Positions 9,357 to 20,884 of a DNA stretch of 64,000 nucleotides are shown here, one piece after another. A model generated the notes under the pieces. The model searched no databases. It was not told the DNA's origin and saw nothing but the letters and a program-made list of their open reading frames with translations. Each line of letters starts with the position of its first letter. The stretch's first letter is position 1. Source of the stretch: a virus; the IMG/VR virus record IMGVR_UViG_3300021959_000022, positions 1 to 64,000 of that record; one strand, given 5' to 3'. Made by a program: the position numbers and the translations under genes.

Positions 9357-10325
9357 TTAATTGGTGGTATTGGTTAAATGATTTCTTGCTCGGTCCAGGT
9401 AATTTCTGAAACCTTTGGATATGTATAAATTCTTTACGAAACTCTCGACCAATTCTAAGTTCTTGAGGCTGTAAGCCTTGATCACTTCGGGATCAAAATT
9501 TTTGACATGCTTGATGAAATTGTAGGGAAAATTTGCTTGGAAAAATATTTCGGAGTATGGCATCCTTACCACAGTCAAATCCAACCCATCATCGTCTATC
9601 TTTATGTTGTCGGTACTGTATGCTTGGAAATGGGGGTGGATGTTGAATTCTTCCTTTATTGTTTTGATGAAATGATCTTTGTCGGGCCTCACTACGCCTT
9701 CCCGCACACACCTCGCGACGTACAACAGATGCCCGTTGGTGACGGGATATTGGAATCCCTTGCCCCAATGATCTTCACTGCTCCAACCGGGAAAGTACTG
9801 ATTCAGGTAGTGACCCAATACCTCACGCTCCAGGTCCTCCGACTCGTCGAACAGAGATTTCCATCTTTCGTAGTTGCGTTCCATGGATGATTCGCTCCAA
9901 CTCCAATTTGTGGCAAGCGAGGCGATGGTTTCGAATGCGAAATGGCGATCCTTCAAGGCCGCATACACCCATTTTTTAGCGAAATTCAAGGCCAGGCAGA
10001 ATTCAACGTCCGATGGATTGCAGTCCACAACGAAAAAATGTTTTTTGCCGATGTACTGTGACAGCCTGTTGGAGATTATGTGGTCCAGTGGCAGGGAATG
10101 GAATCCCAAAATAGGGTAATAGGATGGATTGTTCTTTATGAAACTGTCAAGGCCCTCTACCGACAAGTCGAACCGATCAAATGATGCCCAGAAATTATGA
10201 TCTGTGTTGAACTCGTTGCTGGACTTTTGTTTGATCCTATCAGGAAACAGCAGTCCTGCTAAAAAGTTTCCGCCCGCGCCAGGTATCCAGTAAAGGCCGT
10301 AATCACACGAGAATCGAGAGGCCAT
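9357..10325 (-). CDS. hypothetical protein with an N-terminal P-loop/sulfotransferase-like motif
   Basis: 322-aa ORF; YWIPGAGGNFL glycine-rich loop; preceded by an AAGGAG Shine-Dalgarno. Confidence 0.6.
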   Translation of the reverse strand: MASRFSCDYGLYWIPGAGGNFLAGLLFPDRIKQKSSNEFNTDHNFWASFDRFDLSVEGLDSFIKNNPSYYPILGFHSLPLDHIISNRLSQYIGKKHFFVVDCNPSDVEFCLALNFAKKWVYAALKDRHFAFETIASLATNWSWSESSMERNYERWKSLFDESEDLEREVLGHYLNQYFPGWSSEDHWGKGFQYPVTNGHLLYVARCVREGVVRPDKDHFIKTIKEEFNIHPHFQAYSTDNIKIDDDGLDLTVVRMPYSEIFFQANFPYNFIKHVKNFDPEVIKAYSLKNLELVESFVKNLYISKGFRNYLDRARNHLTNTTN

Positions 10326-10334
10326 GTTGACTCC

Positions 10335-11114
10335 TTAGCTGTCTTTGTCCGATAAATCTCTTTCCGCTTTCTGTTGGATTTCCCATTCTATCTGTCTGGT
10401 ATGAGAAGGCATCATGCCATTCTCTTGCAGGATGTCGTCTCTGAGAGATTGATTTTTCTTCTCCACATTCAAGATCCTTGTGAAAGAGTTTGTTATGGCC
10501 GCTGTGTAATAAGCAAATGGATTGTCTGACTTGGATTCATCGAACTGCAATCCGATCTGGCTGAGTTGCATGAGTGCTTGGCCCTGCATCTCGTCATTGT
10601 ATGTGTAACCACGCCAGTTGCCTCTGGTTCCGTACCTCTGTGTCAACAGTATGAACATCTTGGCCAGAGTGTTGGTCATCTTGCCATGATCAGGAGAGAA
10701 GTGTCCATTGGACAGTCCGCCCTTCCAGTGCGATTTGCCCACGCAGACCAATTTTTCCTTGTCGTCGTATTTCCAGTGCTGATAGGGTGGAAAGTTCACC
10801 TTGGCCTTGGATTCTGCTATGTTCTTGGGATTCACCTTGCGTTTGGAGTTGGGCACATGGTCGAATGTCATCACTCGGAACACGATATCTGACTTTTCTA
10901 TCTTCTTTGGATCATGTTTCTCACCGGTCTCACGTTCTAATCTTTTAGCCCGTTCTCTCTTGCCCTGTGCAACCGATCGTATGTTGATCTTGTCTATGGA
11001 TGGCACGATGATGTCATAGTTCCTGTACTCTTCGGACAGATATTCGCTGTAAGTGGCCTTGCTCAGGTGTATTTGCTTGAGCATGTCTCTGTTGTTTAGA
11101 TATTTTGTGGCCAT
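10335..11114 (-). CDS. gp55: late-transcription sigma factor (T4 gp55-like)
   Basis: YLNNRDML and NWRGYTYNDEM...FDESKSDNPFAYYT..I.NSF.R.LNVEKK match the gp55 pattern; gene order gp55-(x)-gp47-gp46 as in T4-like phages. Confidence 0.85.
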   Translation of the reverse strand: MATKYLNNRDMLKQIHLSKATYSEYLSEEYRNYDIIVPSIDKINIRSVAQGKRERAKRLERETGEKHDPKKIEKSDIVFRVMTFDHVPNSKRKVNPKNIAESKAKVNFPPYQHWKYDDKEKLVCVGKSHWKGGLSNGHFSPDHGKMTNTLAKMFILLTQRYGTRGNWRGYTYNDEMQGQALMQLSQIGLQFDESKSDNPFAYYTAAITNSFTRILNVEKKNQSLRDDILQENGMMPSHTRQIEWEIQQKAERDLSDKDS

Positions 11115-11146
11115 AAATTGCAGTATTTGTTTGTTAGCATGTACAA

Positions 11147-11175
11147 ATTATAATATATGTAGTTAATGATTGCAA
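11147..11175 (-). promoter_or_regulatory. sigma70-like promoter for the gp55-like gene
   Basis: Minus strand TTGCAA (11175-11170)-17 nt-TATAAT (11152-11147). Confidence 0.6.
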
Positions 11176-11189
11176 AAAATATCTGCAAT

Positions 11190-12110
11190 ATGATAACAAA
11201 TTTTTTCAACAAGGGTTCGGAGTATTTAAAAAAGGGCGTTGGCAAGATAGGTTCCGTCACGGGCATAGGCCAAACCATAGGCAGCAGATTGGCAGCGGCC
11301 GGCCTTCCTTTGGGAGGCATATTTGGCAGGCAAGAGTCTGCACTGCCACAGCAGGCATCTATATCATCCGGCACAACTGATTGGGCAGTTACCATAGGTT
11401 GTCCACAGTTCGACACACTGATGGCCGATTCCAAGATACTAAAAGTCATGGCGGACAAACCCTACAAGGGTGTGAGATTCCCCACAACTCCTGCCGTGTT
11501 CATGTCTCATTCTGCGTCATATGATTCTCGTGCTGTGTTGCACAACAACTATCCTTACTATTCATACCAAAATTCGCAGGTGGATTCCATGACCATCAAT
11601 GGTAATTTCCCCGTTATGAACAAGACCGATGGACAAAATTGGTTGGCAGCCATACACTTCCTACGAACAGTAACCAAGATGTACTACGGAAGAGGAGATA
11701 ATCAAGGCAATCCTCCTCCGGTGTGTAAATTGAACGGTTATGGCGAACATGTCTTTCAAAATGTGCCTGTCATCATCACGAACTTCACTGTGGATCTCAG
11801 AGCAGACGTAGACTACATTCCTGTAAGCCTAACTTCCACAAAAACAGAAACTTTGGTGCAGGGTGGAGAAATAACAATTGAGCAAATGGCTCCCATTGCG
11901 TCGACTCCTATTGGTGGTTTCGATTATAGGCCGAGTAAAAAATACGGCCCGATCGCAGGACAAGTGGAAGTGGACGGCATCACTTATGTGCCGACCGATT
12001 CTATGATAACTGTTCAGTGTGTACCTGTGTACTCACGCAACAAGATTTCCAAATTCTTTAACCTAAAAGATTTTGCAGCCGGTAGCTTGGCCAAAGATGG
12101 ATTCATTTAA
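11190..12110 (+). CDS. baseplate / tail-tube-initiator-like protein
   Basis: FPTTP..., HFLRTVTKM.YG and GNPPPVCKLNGYG..F.NVPV.I..F motifs; first gene of the baseplate run. Start 11190 or 11166. Confidence 0.6.
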   Translation: MITNFFNKGSEYLKKGVGKIGSVTGIGQTIGSRLAAAGLPLGGIFGRQESALPQQASISSGTTDWAVTIGCPQFDTLMADSKILKVMADKPYKGVRFPTTPAVFMSHSASYDSRAVLHNNYPYYSYQNSQVDSMTINGNFPVMNKTDGQNWLAAIHFLRTVTKMYYGRGDNQGNPPPVCKLNGYGEHVFQNVPVIITNFTVDLRADVDYIPVSLTSTKTETLVQGGEITIEQMAPIASTPIGGFDYRPSKKYGPIAGQVEVDGITYVPTDSMITVQCVPVYSRNKISKFFNLKDFAAGSLAKDGFI

Positions 12111-12409
12111 TGGCAACATACAAAAACACATCACCTTATGCTAAGACAGGACAGGGAGTAGAGTCTCTCGCTGTGTTGAACAAAAGAATGTTTGCTTTCG
12201 AGCCGGACGACATCGAGTATGAAATCGACTCTTGGTATCAGAACCGTCCTGATCTATTAGCACATGATCTTTACGGTGATGCTAAACTGTGGTGGGTGTT
12301 CATGCACAGAAACATGGACGTGATAACAGATCCGATTTGGTCGTTCTCGGCGGGTGCTGTGATCAGGATACCTAAGAAGCCAACATTAGAAAAGTATTTG
12401 GGAATATAA
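12110..12409 (+). CDS. gp53: baseplate wedge LysM-like protein (gp53-like)
   Basis: RPDLLAHDLYGDAKLWWVF..RN...G..IRIP motif. Confidence 0.75.
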   Translation: MATYKNTSPYAKTGQGVESLAVLNKRMFAFEPDDIEYEIDSWYQNRPDLLAHDLYGDAKLWWVFMHRNMDVITDPIWSFSAGAVIRIPKKPTLEKYLGI

Positions 12410-12410
12410 T

Positions 12411-15020
12411 ATGTCAACGCGATCAAACTTGACCAATGTAAGCGATGTGGTCAACAACAAGAGATTAGAAAACAGCTACAAGTTGCCATATGACCTTAGT
12501 GGCTTTGGATATGCCAAAGCATTCAAATCCAAGACAAAATCTCCTGGTGTTCATCCCAACATCAGCAAGGGAAACATCACAATAAACGAAGACGGAAGCA
12601 GGAATGGCACAGTCACCAATTCGTTGATGGGGTCGGCCGAACAGGAACAGATACAGTTCTACAAAAAAGATTTAGGTGACACATCTCATCCCTTCTCGCT
12701 CAATCGTGAACCTGAGCAAGACACACTGATAGGTGCCAACAATGAAGTGACAGACAAATTGGGCAATGGTTACACACACCCATTCAGCCAAAACACAGAA
12801 GTGGGCGGGTTCGGAGGAAACTCCACTGGCAACACTTCTACATCATCCAACACACAATTGCCAAATGGCAATGTTTTGCTTGATTATGAACCAATGAATT
12901 ACATCATCACCTTGTCGTGTTTGAGCAAGCAAGCATTCAACACAGGAGTGAACGGAACCGAAACGGTCATTCTGCAAAGCGGAGGTAAAGGAAAACAAGG
13001 CGACGGACCTTTGGGCGTTGATTATTACATAGACAACTTGGTTATTAGGAACAGCGTTGCCCCCAACGAAGTTACCGCGTCAGGCAGTATGTATCAAATT
13101 TTGTTTGATGTGACAGAGCCCTACGGCACTTCCTTCATAGATGCCTTGATACAAGCGGCCAAGATACAAGGATACAAAGATCATACCACCGCCGTGTACA
13201 ATCTAAGGATAGAATTCAAAGGTTATGATGAAAATCAACAACCAAAGTCCAACATACCGTTTTCTACCAGAGATGTTCCCATGAACATCTATGATGTCAA
13301 GATGAACATCGATGCAGGAGTTACAACTTATCAGTGTCAGTGCAGACCAGGCACTGCTCTTCCATTGACGGATTTGTATCAAACACTACAAGCCAGTGTG
13401 ACATGCTCGGGCGACACGGTGGGAGACCTGATAGAAGATTTCTTGAACAAATACTCACAAGAATTATCCAGCTTGCAGACCAACAGCAATCTAAAATTCA
13501 AGCCAGGCAAAACTGATCAGTACGTTTTGGACAGATCCGGTAGCATGAAAGACATATTGTCATCACCGATCAACTATTCTGAGTCATCGTCACTGATCAA
13601 GATGTTCGCTGTTTCCAACTTGGGAGTGAATCAAGCACCTCCCGGTTACGCGAGGATAGTTACCGTTAACAAAGGCACCAAGATCCAGACATTCATTGAA
13701 GCAGTGGTCAAGGAGAGTAGATTTTATAGGGATCAGTTCGTTGGCAACCGACCCAAGACTCTTGAGTTGACAACACTGAGGCTTGAGACACAGTTGGAAA
13801 TTGGTGAAGACAACGGCAACGGAAGGGACCAGTACACATTTGTTTATGTGTTGAGATCGCAAGTGTACACTTCGGATTTGATGGACGGAACCATTGACAT
13901 CACCAACTATTTGACCCCTTCAAGGACTTATAATTACAGTTTCACGGGTGCCAACAGGGATGTGTTGAATTTCAACCTGAATTATCAATTTTCTTACTAC
14001 CAGGTTATTCCTTATCTTGTAGATGATGGATCCGCAGGAGATCTCACAGGATCCGCCGGCGGCGAAGTTGGACAAGATATAAATCTTGGTGACCAAACCA
14101 AAAAGTCAACAGTGGGAGATGTTAAGAACGAAGTTCAGAACATTGGACAGCAGGACTTGATAGACGGACTCAATGATTCCAACGGACAGATAGTACAGTC
14201 CTTCCAGGATCTAATACAGAATCCACGTGCTGACTTGGTTGTCACCAACATTGAAATTTTAGGTGATCCTTACTGGATACCACAAAAAAACGTCAGCAAT
14301 AGGTCATTCCAAAACACATTCACTGGCACCACAAACACAGATGCAAGTGGAGCCGTGGCCACCGACGAAGGTCAATTGGTCATCAAGATAAACGTGAAGC
14401 AACCCGTGGATCTCGATGACGAATCCGGACTGTTTAAGAATTTACAAGACATACAAGGATTCCAAGGATTCTACAGAGTTTATCTGTGTGAACACAGATT
14501 TGAAAACGGCATTTACACAACTGTGCTGTCGTGCTACAGAGTAAAAAATCAAAGCTCTGAAACCAAAAAGGAAGTGTCAAAATCGTCACTCACAAATGAT
14601 TCCATCATTAAGGTCTATGATCTACCAACTTTGGCAGATGTGGGTGCATCAGGAGAAGGCGAAGGTTTTTCTCCTCAGGTTGAAATAATAAGCATGGCGG
14701 GAGATGCCTTTGGTGGTGGCACAAAATGGTGGGAGTCGGGTAATGTGGTCAAGATGCCAATCAACGAGGCGGTGTCAAATGGCGGAACCGGCGGTGCAGT
14801 TGGCATCGTTAAAAAATCAACTGTGGGGCAAAGTTTGAACTCGATGGGTCCTGATGTGATAACCCCAAAAATCGATGTGGAATTTGTTGCTAACAAGTCT
14901 GCGAATTTGGACAAATATTTGGGAGAAGGGCAAAGGAATAGGTTACAAGAAAATTTAGGCACCTCGCCACAAGCTACTCAACTTGCGGGTGAGAGAGGCT
15001 ACATAATAGGTGGATTATAA
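12411..15020 (+). CDS. baseplate hub protein (gp27/GpD-like)
   Basis: Lies between gp53-like and gp5-like genes; EILGDPYW and GFYRV..CEHRFENG.YTT.L motifs. Confidence 0.55.
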   Translation: MSTRSNLTNVSDVVNNKRLENSYKLPYDLSGFGYAKAFKSKTKSPGVHPNISKGNITINEDGSRNGTVTNSLMGSAEQEQIQFYKKDLGDTSHPFSLNREPEQDTLIGANNEVTDKLGNGYTHPFSQNTEVGGFGGNSTGNTSTSSNTQLPNGNVLLDYEPMNYIITLSCLSKQAFNTGVNGTETVILQSGGKGKQGDGPLGVDYYIDNLVIRNSVAPNEVTASGSMYQILFDVTEPYGTSFIDALIQAAKIQGYKDHTTAVYNLRIEFKGYDENQQPKSNIPFSTRDVPMNIYDVKMNIDAGVTTYQCQCRPGTALPLTDLYQTLQASVTCSGDTVGDLIEDFLNKYSQELSSLQTNSNLKFKPGKTDQYVLDRSGSMKDILSSPINYSESSSLIKMFAVSNLGVNQAPPGYARIVTVNKGTKIQTFIEAVVKESRFYRDQFVGNRPKTLELTTLRLETQLEIGEDNGNGRDQYTFVYVLRSQVYTSDLMDGTIDITNYLTPSRTYNYSFTGANRDVLNFNLNYQFSYYQVIPYLVDDGSAGDLTGSAGGEVGQDINLGDQTKKSTVGDVKNEVQNIGQQDLIDGLNDSNGQIVQSFQDLIQNPRADLVVTNIEILGDPYWIPQKNVSNRSFQNTFTGTTNTDASGAVATDEGQLVIKINVKQPVDLDDESGLFKNLQDIQGFQGFYRVYLCEHRFENGIYTTVLSCYRVKNQSSETKKEVSKSSLTNDSIIKVYDLPTLADVGASGEGEGFSPQVEIISMAGDAFGGGTKWWESGNVVKMPINEAVSNGGTGGAVGIVKKSTVGQSLNSMGPDVITPKIDVEFVANKSANLDKYLGEGQRNRLQENLGTSPQATQLAGERGYIIGGL

Positions 15021-16609
15021 TGCCAGTCAATAAAAGATCAGCGACAGACATCAGCAACAGAATAAAAACTTTTCCCGGACCGTATGTGGCATATGTCAAA
15101 AGCGCCACAGATGTCAACAGGATGGGGAGACTGGCAGTGCATATTCCGGAACTGCATGGAACATACGATGAAGTTTCCAAGACCCTGGGAGCCGCGACCA
15201 TTATGGTCTCATACTGCTCGCCCTTCGCGGGCACAACTCCGCTGAGCGAAACCACCGACGGAAATCGAGAGTATGGCAACACCCAGAAGTCGTATGGATT
15301 CTGGATGGTACCACCAGACATAGACACCAAAGTTTTGGTCATGTTCGCCAACGGTGACATAAACCGTGGATATTGGATGGGATGTGTGTTCGAGGAATAC
15401 ATGAATCACATGACTCCGGGCAACGCAAACAGTCAACCCAACAAGTATGTTGGCACCTCTTTTGAAAACGACAGATATTACAGTGAATTTGGCATGGAGT
15501 CGGCGCCTGTGGCCGAAGCACAAAGGAAAGCCGAAACGAATTTGGTGAGCAGGGGAAACCTTGACCCGGACAAAGACTCCGTGTACACAGTCCGCCCGGT
15601 CAACCCCTACATGGCGGATGCACTGATCGGCCAAGGCCTGCACAATGACAATGTGCGTGGAGGCACATCATCTTCTGCACGACGCGAAACACCATCTCAG
15701 GTGTTCGGCATATCCACACCAGGACCCATAGACTTTGAAGGCCAACAGACTCCACCTCGCGAATCCATCAACAGGCACGGCAAAATTTTCAGTGGCGGCG
15801 GACCAAACCCCGGCAACACCATAGGCAAGGTGGCACACTCTCGCCTTGGAGGACATCAGTTCGTCATGGATGACGGTACTCCAGCGAAGAAAGTCAACAG
15901 ATCCATCACCCAACCCATAACAAATGAACTGATAAGATTGAGAACCAGAAGCGGCGCCCAACTCTTACTGCACAACACCGAAGGGTTGGTGTACATCACA
16001 AACAATGATGGCACAGCTTGGATAGAATTCACTCAGGACGGCAAGATAGATATCTGGTCACAGGACAGCATCAGCGTACATACCAGAATGGATTACAACA
16101 TGAAGGCGGACAGGGACATAAACTTGGAAGCCGGAAGGAACATCAACATAAAAGCCATCGGCACATCACCATTCTCTGATGACACAGCCACCAAGGGCAG
16201 GATCCACATCGATGCGGGTTCCAACATAGAAATGAAGGCGGCGGCGGACATCAAACAAAAAGCCGCTGTTGATTTCAAACTGTATGCTGGAGTGAATGGC
16301 AAGATAGAAGTTGGCACCAACATAAATTTCTATGCCGGCGTAGACTTCCTTGCCAATACAGGAAATGAAATACACATGAACACAGCCGGCAAGGTTTCGG
16401 CGGGACACGTGGGAAGCACCAATGTTGAAAGCCTAACAACTTACACCAACCAGGGAATATATTTCAATGACACACTTGCTCAGGCACAGTCGATATTGAA
16501 AAGGGTGCCGACCAAAGAGCCTTACGCTGAACATGAAAACAAAAGACCAGACAAGACCACTTGGCATGAAACTGACAGAGAATTGCCAGATGAAAGAGAG
16601 ATAACATAA
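15020..16609 (+). CDS. gp5: baseplate central spike (gp5/VgrG-like), no lysozyme domain evident
   Basis: N-terminal OB-fold D..RMGRL.V.IP...YGFWMVPPD....VLV.F.NGD...YW.G; GHQFVMDD, IRLRTRSG and a C-terminal beta-helix repeat; followed by PAAR. Confidence 0.8.
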   Translation: MPVNKRSATDISNRIKTFPGPYVAYVKSATDVNRMGRLAVHIPELHGTYDEVSKTLGAATIMVSYCSPFAGTTPLSETTDGNREYGNTQKSYGFWMVPPDIDTKVLVMFANGDINRGYWMGCVFEEYMNHMTPGNANSQPNKYVGTSFENDRYYSEFGMESAPVAEAQRKAETNLVSRGNLDPDKDSVYTVRPVNPYMADALIGQGLHNDNVRGGTSSSARRETPSQVFGISTPGPIDFEGQQTPPRESINRHGKIFSGGGPNPGNTIGKVAHSRLGGHQFVMDDGTPAKKVNRSITQPITNELIRLRTRSGAQLLLHNTEGLVYITNNDGTAWIEFTQDGKIDIWSQDSISVHTRMDYNMKADRDINLEAGRNINIKAIGTSPFSDDTATKGRIHIDAGSNIEMKAAADIKQKAAVDFKLYAGVNGKIEVGTNINFYAGVDFLANTGNEIHMNTAGKVSAGHVGSTNVESLTTYTNQGIYFNDTLAQAQSILKRVPTKEPYAEHENKRPDKTTWHETDRELPDEREIT

Positions 16610-16908
16610 TGCCTTTGGCAGCTAGACAAACAGATGCTGTGGCAACGGGCCACGGTTGTGATGGCACAACTACATTGGCAGCCCCTGGACAAAGCACTGT
16701 GTACGCAGAAGGTTTGTTGTGGTGTAGGTTAGGAGATGTGACTGTCAGCCATTTGGTACCATCAGGTGAAGACTGCGTGGCTCACGTCGCTTCCATTTCA
16801 GGATCCAGCAGTTCTGTTTATGTGGAGGGAGTTTTATGTGCAAGGAAAGGCGATGGTTGTGATGCTGGTTCTATTACAGGCAGTGCGGCCACAGTTTATG
16901 CAGGTTAA
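16609..16908 (+). CDS. PAAR-domain spike tip protein (gp5.4-like)
   Basis: PLAAR..D...GH, RLGD...H and ARKGD..C/GS.TV repeats in 99 aa. Confidence 0.85.
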   Translation: MPLAARQTDAVATGHGCDGTTTLAAPGQSTVYAEGLLWCRLGDVTVSHLVPSGEDCVAHVASISGSSSSVYVEGVLCARKGDGCDAGSITGSAATVYAG

Positions 16909-16911
16909 ATA
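16906..16911 (+). promoter_or_regulatory. late-promoter-like TAAATA
   Basis: TAAATA 6 nt before ATG 16918; the same spacing recurs at four other genes. Confidence 0.55.
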
Positions 16912-16917
16912 TAAAAT

Positions 16918-17370
16918 ATGTCCACAGTAACTTACAAATCAAAATCAACAGTGCAGAAGAACACTTCCGCAAGGACACAACTGTTCAAGGGGTTTTCCAC
17001 ACAGGGCAACAACTTCAAGGACACTAAACTGTATGATTTCGAGTTGGTTAAACAGGATCTGTTCAATCATTTCAACATAAGGAAGGGAGAGAAGTTGGAA
17101 AATCCGGAGTTCGGAACCAACATCTGGCAGTACATATTCGACCCGTTGGACGATCAAACCCGAGAAGCCATCACACAGGATGTGCAAAACGTCATAAACT
17201 ATGATCCCAGAGTCGTTTTAGACAGTTTACAGCTGGATGAATACGAGCACGGAATTCAGATCACCATCGGAGTGGTGTATGTGGCCTATGGAGTCGCAGA
17301 GCGAATGAACCTTTTGTTCGATCAAAACCAAGGTTTGATGACACAATCTTCTCAATTGTATCCAGTCTAA
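16918..17370 (+). CDS. gp25: baseplate wedge subunit (gp25-like)
   Basis: LVKQDL.NHF..RKGEK..NPEFG..IW..IFDP...YDPRV motif. Confidence 0.9.
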   Translation: MSTVTYKSKSTVQKNTSARTQLFKGFSTQGNNFKDTKLYDFELVKQDLFNHFNIRKGEKLENPEFGTNIWQYIFDPLDDQTREAITQDVQNVINYDPRVVLDSLQLDEYEHGIQITIGVVYVAYGVAERMNLLFDQNQGLMTQSSQLYPV

Positions 17371-17403
17371 AAGGTAGAATAAAGTGCTTACATTATTTCT
17401 ACA

Positions 17404-17410
17404 ATAAATA
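17404..17410 (+). promoter_or_regulatory. late-promoter-like ATAAATA
   Basis: Matches the T4 late consensus TATAAATA core; 6 nt before ATG 17417. Confidence 0.6.
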
Positions 17411-17416
17411 TTAACA

Positions 17417-20400
17417 ATGGCTGTAGACACAAGACAAAACACTTTATTATCATCATCTGCCTGGCAGAAGATTTATAGAACATTCAGTGAAACTGATTTC
17501 AAATCATATGATTTTGACACCATCAGACGCACCCTAATAGACTATCTACAAATAAACTATCCTGAATCATTTAATGACTATATAGATTCTTCGGAGTTTG
17601 TTGCACTGATCGACTTGATAGCATACGTTGGTCAGTCTATTTCTTACAGGGTCGACTTAAACGCCAGAGAAAATTTCATCGATCTTGCTGAGCGTAAAGA
17701 GTCAGTGCTGAGATTGGCCAGATTGATTTCCTACCAACCAAAAAGGAACGTGGCGGCATCTGGTTTTTTAAAAATTGATTCGGTCATCACCACAGAATCT
17801 GTGTTTGATGCCAACGGACAAAATCTTGCCAGCACTCCGGTGTTGTGGAACGACATCACCAATGCCAATTGGCAGGAACAATTTAATTCGATATTGAATG
17901 CGGCTCTTAGCAGGGAGCAGTTCATAGGCAAACCACAGGCCGGTGAAACAATCTTCGGCATACCCACAGAAATGTACAGATTAAATTCCGCCAACATCTC
18001 AGAACCATTGTATGGTTTTAACAGAAACATCGGTGGAGTCAACATGCCGTTCGAAGTGGTGCCTTGTAGTTTCTTAAATGAGAAATACATCTATGAAGAA
18101 TCACCTATTCCAGGCAACGGTCTATCATTCATATACAAGAATGATTCTCAGGGTTATGGTTCGGCCAACACCGGTTACTTTTTACATTTCAAGCAAGGGT
18201 CTGTGGGATTCCAAGATTTCACAGTTACTAATGCATCGCCGAACACAGTGGTTGCTATCGATCAAACCAACATCAACAATTCAGACGTATGGTTGTTTGG
18301 CCTTGACGAAAACGGCATAATTGAAAACAGATGGACCAAGGTGCCTGCGATCACAGGCAACAATGTCATCTATAATTCATTGTCACAAAACATCAACAAC
18401 CAATACGCAGTGATCACCAGACCAAACGATCAGGTCAGTCTTGTGTTTTCAGATGGTGTGTACGGCACACTGCCAAAAGGCAATTTCAGATGTGTGTTTA
18501 GAGCCAGCAACAATTTGACATACTCTATACAAAAATCTTCAATGTCGAACATCAGCATCTCTGTGGACTACATATCCAGATCTGGCCAGACCAACACACT
18601 GACCATCAACGCTTCATTGCAAGGCACAGTAACTAATGCATCTCGTTCACAGTCCATACAGGAGATCAAGACTCTGGCACCGCAGTCATACTACACAAAC
18701 AATAGGATGATAACTCCTGAAGATTATCAGATAGTCCCGTTGACAGAGAATCCATCCATTGCGAAAGCAAAGTCGCAGGTTAGAACAAGTTCTGGCATAT
18801 CGAGATTTTTAGATGTTGTAGATCCGACCGGAGTCTATTCACAGACAGATATTTTTGCTGACGACGGAATCCTTTACAGAGATGAAAAAGATCAAACTTT
18901 TGATTTCCAATTCAGCAACAACAATGACATACAACAGATGATCAACACCACACTTACAGATGTGATGAAGTCTGCAACATTTAGACACTTTTACTACAAG
19001 AATTATCCGTCTTTGACATCACCAAACAAGACTTGGAACAGATCAACCATATCCACAAATTCATGTACAGGATACTTCCTTGAAGGATCCACTCCTGTAT
19101 CGGTTGGAGCACAATCAAGTTCCAACTTGAAATATGTCACAGCAGACTCTCTGATCAAATTTACAGCACCTTCCGGTTATCATTTCATGAACAATGGTAC
19201 TTTGATGTTGGGTTCAGCCAATCATCCAAATTCCAGAGATAGTTGGTGGAGCAAGATTGTTTCTGTCGAGGGAGATGGCTCCAACGTGGGGCAAGGCAAT
19301 CTCGGTGACGGCACTGGTCCTATTCAACTTAATGATAATTTGCCAACCACAAGTGTGTTGTCGGAGATTATACCAAAATTTATTACATCTGTCAGCACCA
19401 CACTGTCAGCGTCCATCATCGACAATGTCAAGAATTACAGGAATTTTGGATTATCATACAATTATCTCACATCTACATGGTCTGTGATCAACGAGGACAA
19501 TCTAAACACGGGCACTTTCAGTCTTGCTAATCAGGGATCAACAGCAAACACACAATTGGATTCATCATGGATGATAAGATTTACTACAAATGGCGTTTCT
19601 TACACTGTGTATTACCGTTCCACAGATTATGTTTTCCAATCCAAATCCAGAAATAAGTTTTACTTCGACGAATCAGTCAAGATATATGATCCTACCACAG
19701 GTAAAACCATTAAGGATAAGATACAGATACTTTCCACCAACCTCGGACCAGATCTAACTTCTTCCTTGCAGAGAAACTACGATTGGCAGATAGTTAAAAA
19801 CTTTCAGGGTGTAGATGGTTACTACGATACAAGAAAGATGAAAATTGGATTTTTCGATTCAGATGATGACGGAGTAGTGGATGATCCTGATCTTTTCGAC
19901 ACAGTTGTAGGAGAACTGACATCACCCACATCCAAGTATGTGTTCTTCCAGACAGTGACCAGAAATGGTTTCGAAGAGCAAGATCCTGTGCTGAACAGTG
20001 ATTTTGTTGTGACATCCATAGAAGGTGACATCACTGATCTTAAAGTGTACGCAAATGGTCAAAAATTTTATTTTTCCTCGACTAAAACATTCAAACAGTA
20101 CAACAGCACCACTGGCACACTGACAACCCTGTCTGGATACAGTGCGTACATAGGTAGAGATTCACTATACTACAGATACAACCATGGGGCTCCAAGATCT
20201 CGAAGAATTGATCCTGCTGTGTCAAACATGATAGATGTGTATGTGATGACAAAAACTTATGATCAGGAATTTAGAACCTGGCTTAAAAAGAATCAATCAA
20301 CTACAAAGCCTGTGCCTCCGACCATCGCTACCCTAAACGAAACATATACAGCAAGCTTGAATCAGTTAAAAAGCGTTTCGGATGAAATAATCTTTAATCC

Positions 20401-20884
20401 AGGAAAATACAAATTAGTGTTCGGTCCTGGCGCCGAGTCTGAACTGCAAGCAACATTCAAGATTGTTAAAAATCCTGCCACCAACGTCAGCGACAATCAA
20501 TTGAAATCATCTGTGGTGGAATCGATTAACACTTATTTTAGTTTGGGGCTCTGGGATTTTGGAGACACTTTTTATTTTTCAGAATTAGCCGCATTCTTGC
20601 ATAATTCATTGACACCTGATGTGTTGAGCGTGGTCATAGTACCTGCTCAGGCATCGAGTGGATTTGGTTCATTGTTTCAGATCAACTCTTCGGAGAATGA
20701 AATTTTGATATCATCAGCCACTGTGGATAATGTTGAGATGATCACATCGATAACTGCTGAAAAAATCAAAGCCACAGGCAATGTTGTAGTATCGACTGGT
20801 ACATCATCATCGACTACTGGCACAGCAACAGTAACATCCACAGCAACTTCTAGCAGTTCTAGCAGTTCTGGGGGTTACTACTAA
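17417..20884 (+). CDS. gp6: baseplate wedge subunit (gp6-like, extended)
   Basis: DFDTIR..L..YL....FNDY..S....LID.IAY...ARENF...[12 protein letters not shown]; FSDG.YG..P; NRMITPEDY. Confidence 0.85.
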   Translation: MAVDTRQNTLLSSSAWQKIYRTFSETDFKSYDFDTIRRTLIDYLQINYPESFNDYIDSSEFVALIDLIAYVGQSISYRVDLNARENFIDLAERKESVLRLARLISYQPKRNVAASGFLKIDSVITTESVFDANGQNLASTPVLWNDITNANWQEQFNSILNAALSREQFIGKPQAGETIFGIPTEMYRLNSANISEPLYGFNRNIGGVNMPFEVVPCSFLNEKYIYEESPIPGNGLSFIYKNDSQGYGSANTGYFLHFKQGSVGFQDFTVTNASPNTVVAIDQTNINNSDVWLFGLDENGIIENRWTKVPAITGNNVIYNSLSQNINNQYAVITRPNDQVSLVFSDGVYGTLPKGNFRCVFRASNNLTYSIQKSSMSNISISVDYISRSGQTNTLTINASLQGTVTNASRSQSIQEIKTLAPQSYYTNNRMITPEDYQIVPLTENPSIAKAKSQVRTSSGISRFLDVVDPTGVYSQTDIFADDGILYRDEKDQTFDFQFSNNNDIQQMINTTLTDVMKSATFRHFYYKNYPSLTSPNKTWNRSTISTNSCTGYFLEGSTPVSVGAQSSSNLKYVTADSLIKFTAPSGYHFMNNGTLMLGSANHPNSRDSWWSKIVSVEGDGSNVGQGNLGDGTGPIQLNDNLPTTSVLSEIIPKFITSVSTTLSASIIDNVKNYRNFGLSYNYLTSTWSVINEDNLNTGTFSLANQGSTANTQLDSSWMIRFTTNGVSYTVYYRSTDYVFQSKSRNKFYFDESVKIYDPTTGKTIKDKIQILSTNLGPDLTSSLQRNYDWQIVKNFQGVDGYYDTRKMKIGFFDSDDDGVVDDPDLFDTVVGELTSPTSKYVFFQTVTRNGFEEQDPVLNSDFVVTSIEGDITDLKVYANGQKFYFSSTKTFKQYNSTTGTLTTLSGYSAYIGRDSLYYRYNHGAPRSRRIDPAVSNMIDVYVMTKTYDQEFRTWLKKNQSTTKPVPPTIATLNETYTASLNQLKSVSDEIIFNPGKYKLVFGPGAESELQATFKIVKNPATNVSDNQLKSSVVESINTYFSLGLWDFGDTFYFSELAAFLHNSLTPDVLSVVIVPAQASSGFGSLFQINSSENEILISSATVDNVEMITSITAEKIKATGNVVVSTGTSSSTTGTATVTSTATSSSSSSSGGYY

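Noticed and set aside
11190-20884. Bacterial T6SS, eCIS or tailocin locus
   Set aside because: Flanked by gp55, gp46 and gp47 with late-promoter motifs and no TssJLM/ClpV or bacterial genes; a phage is the simpler reading.
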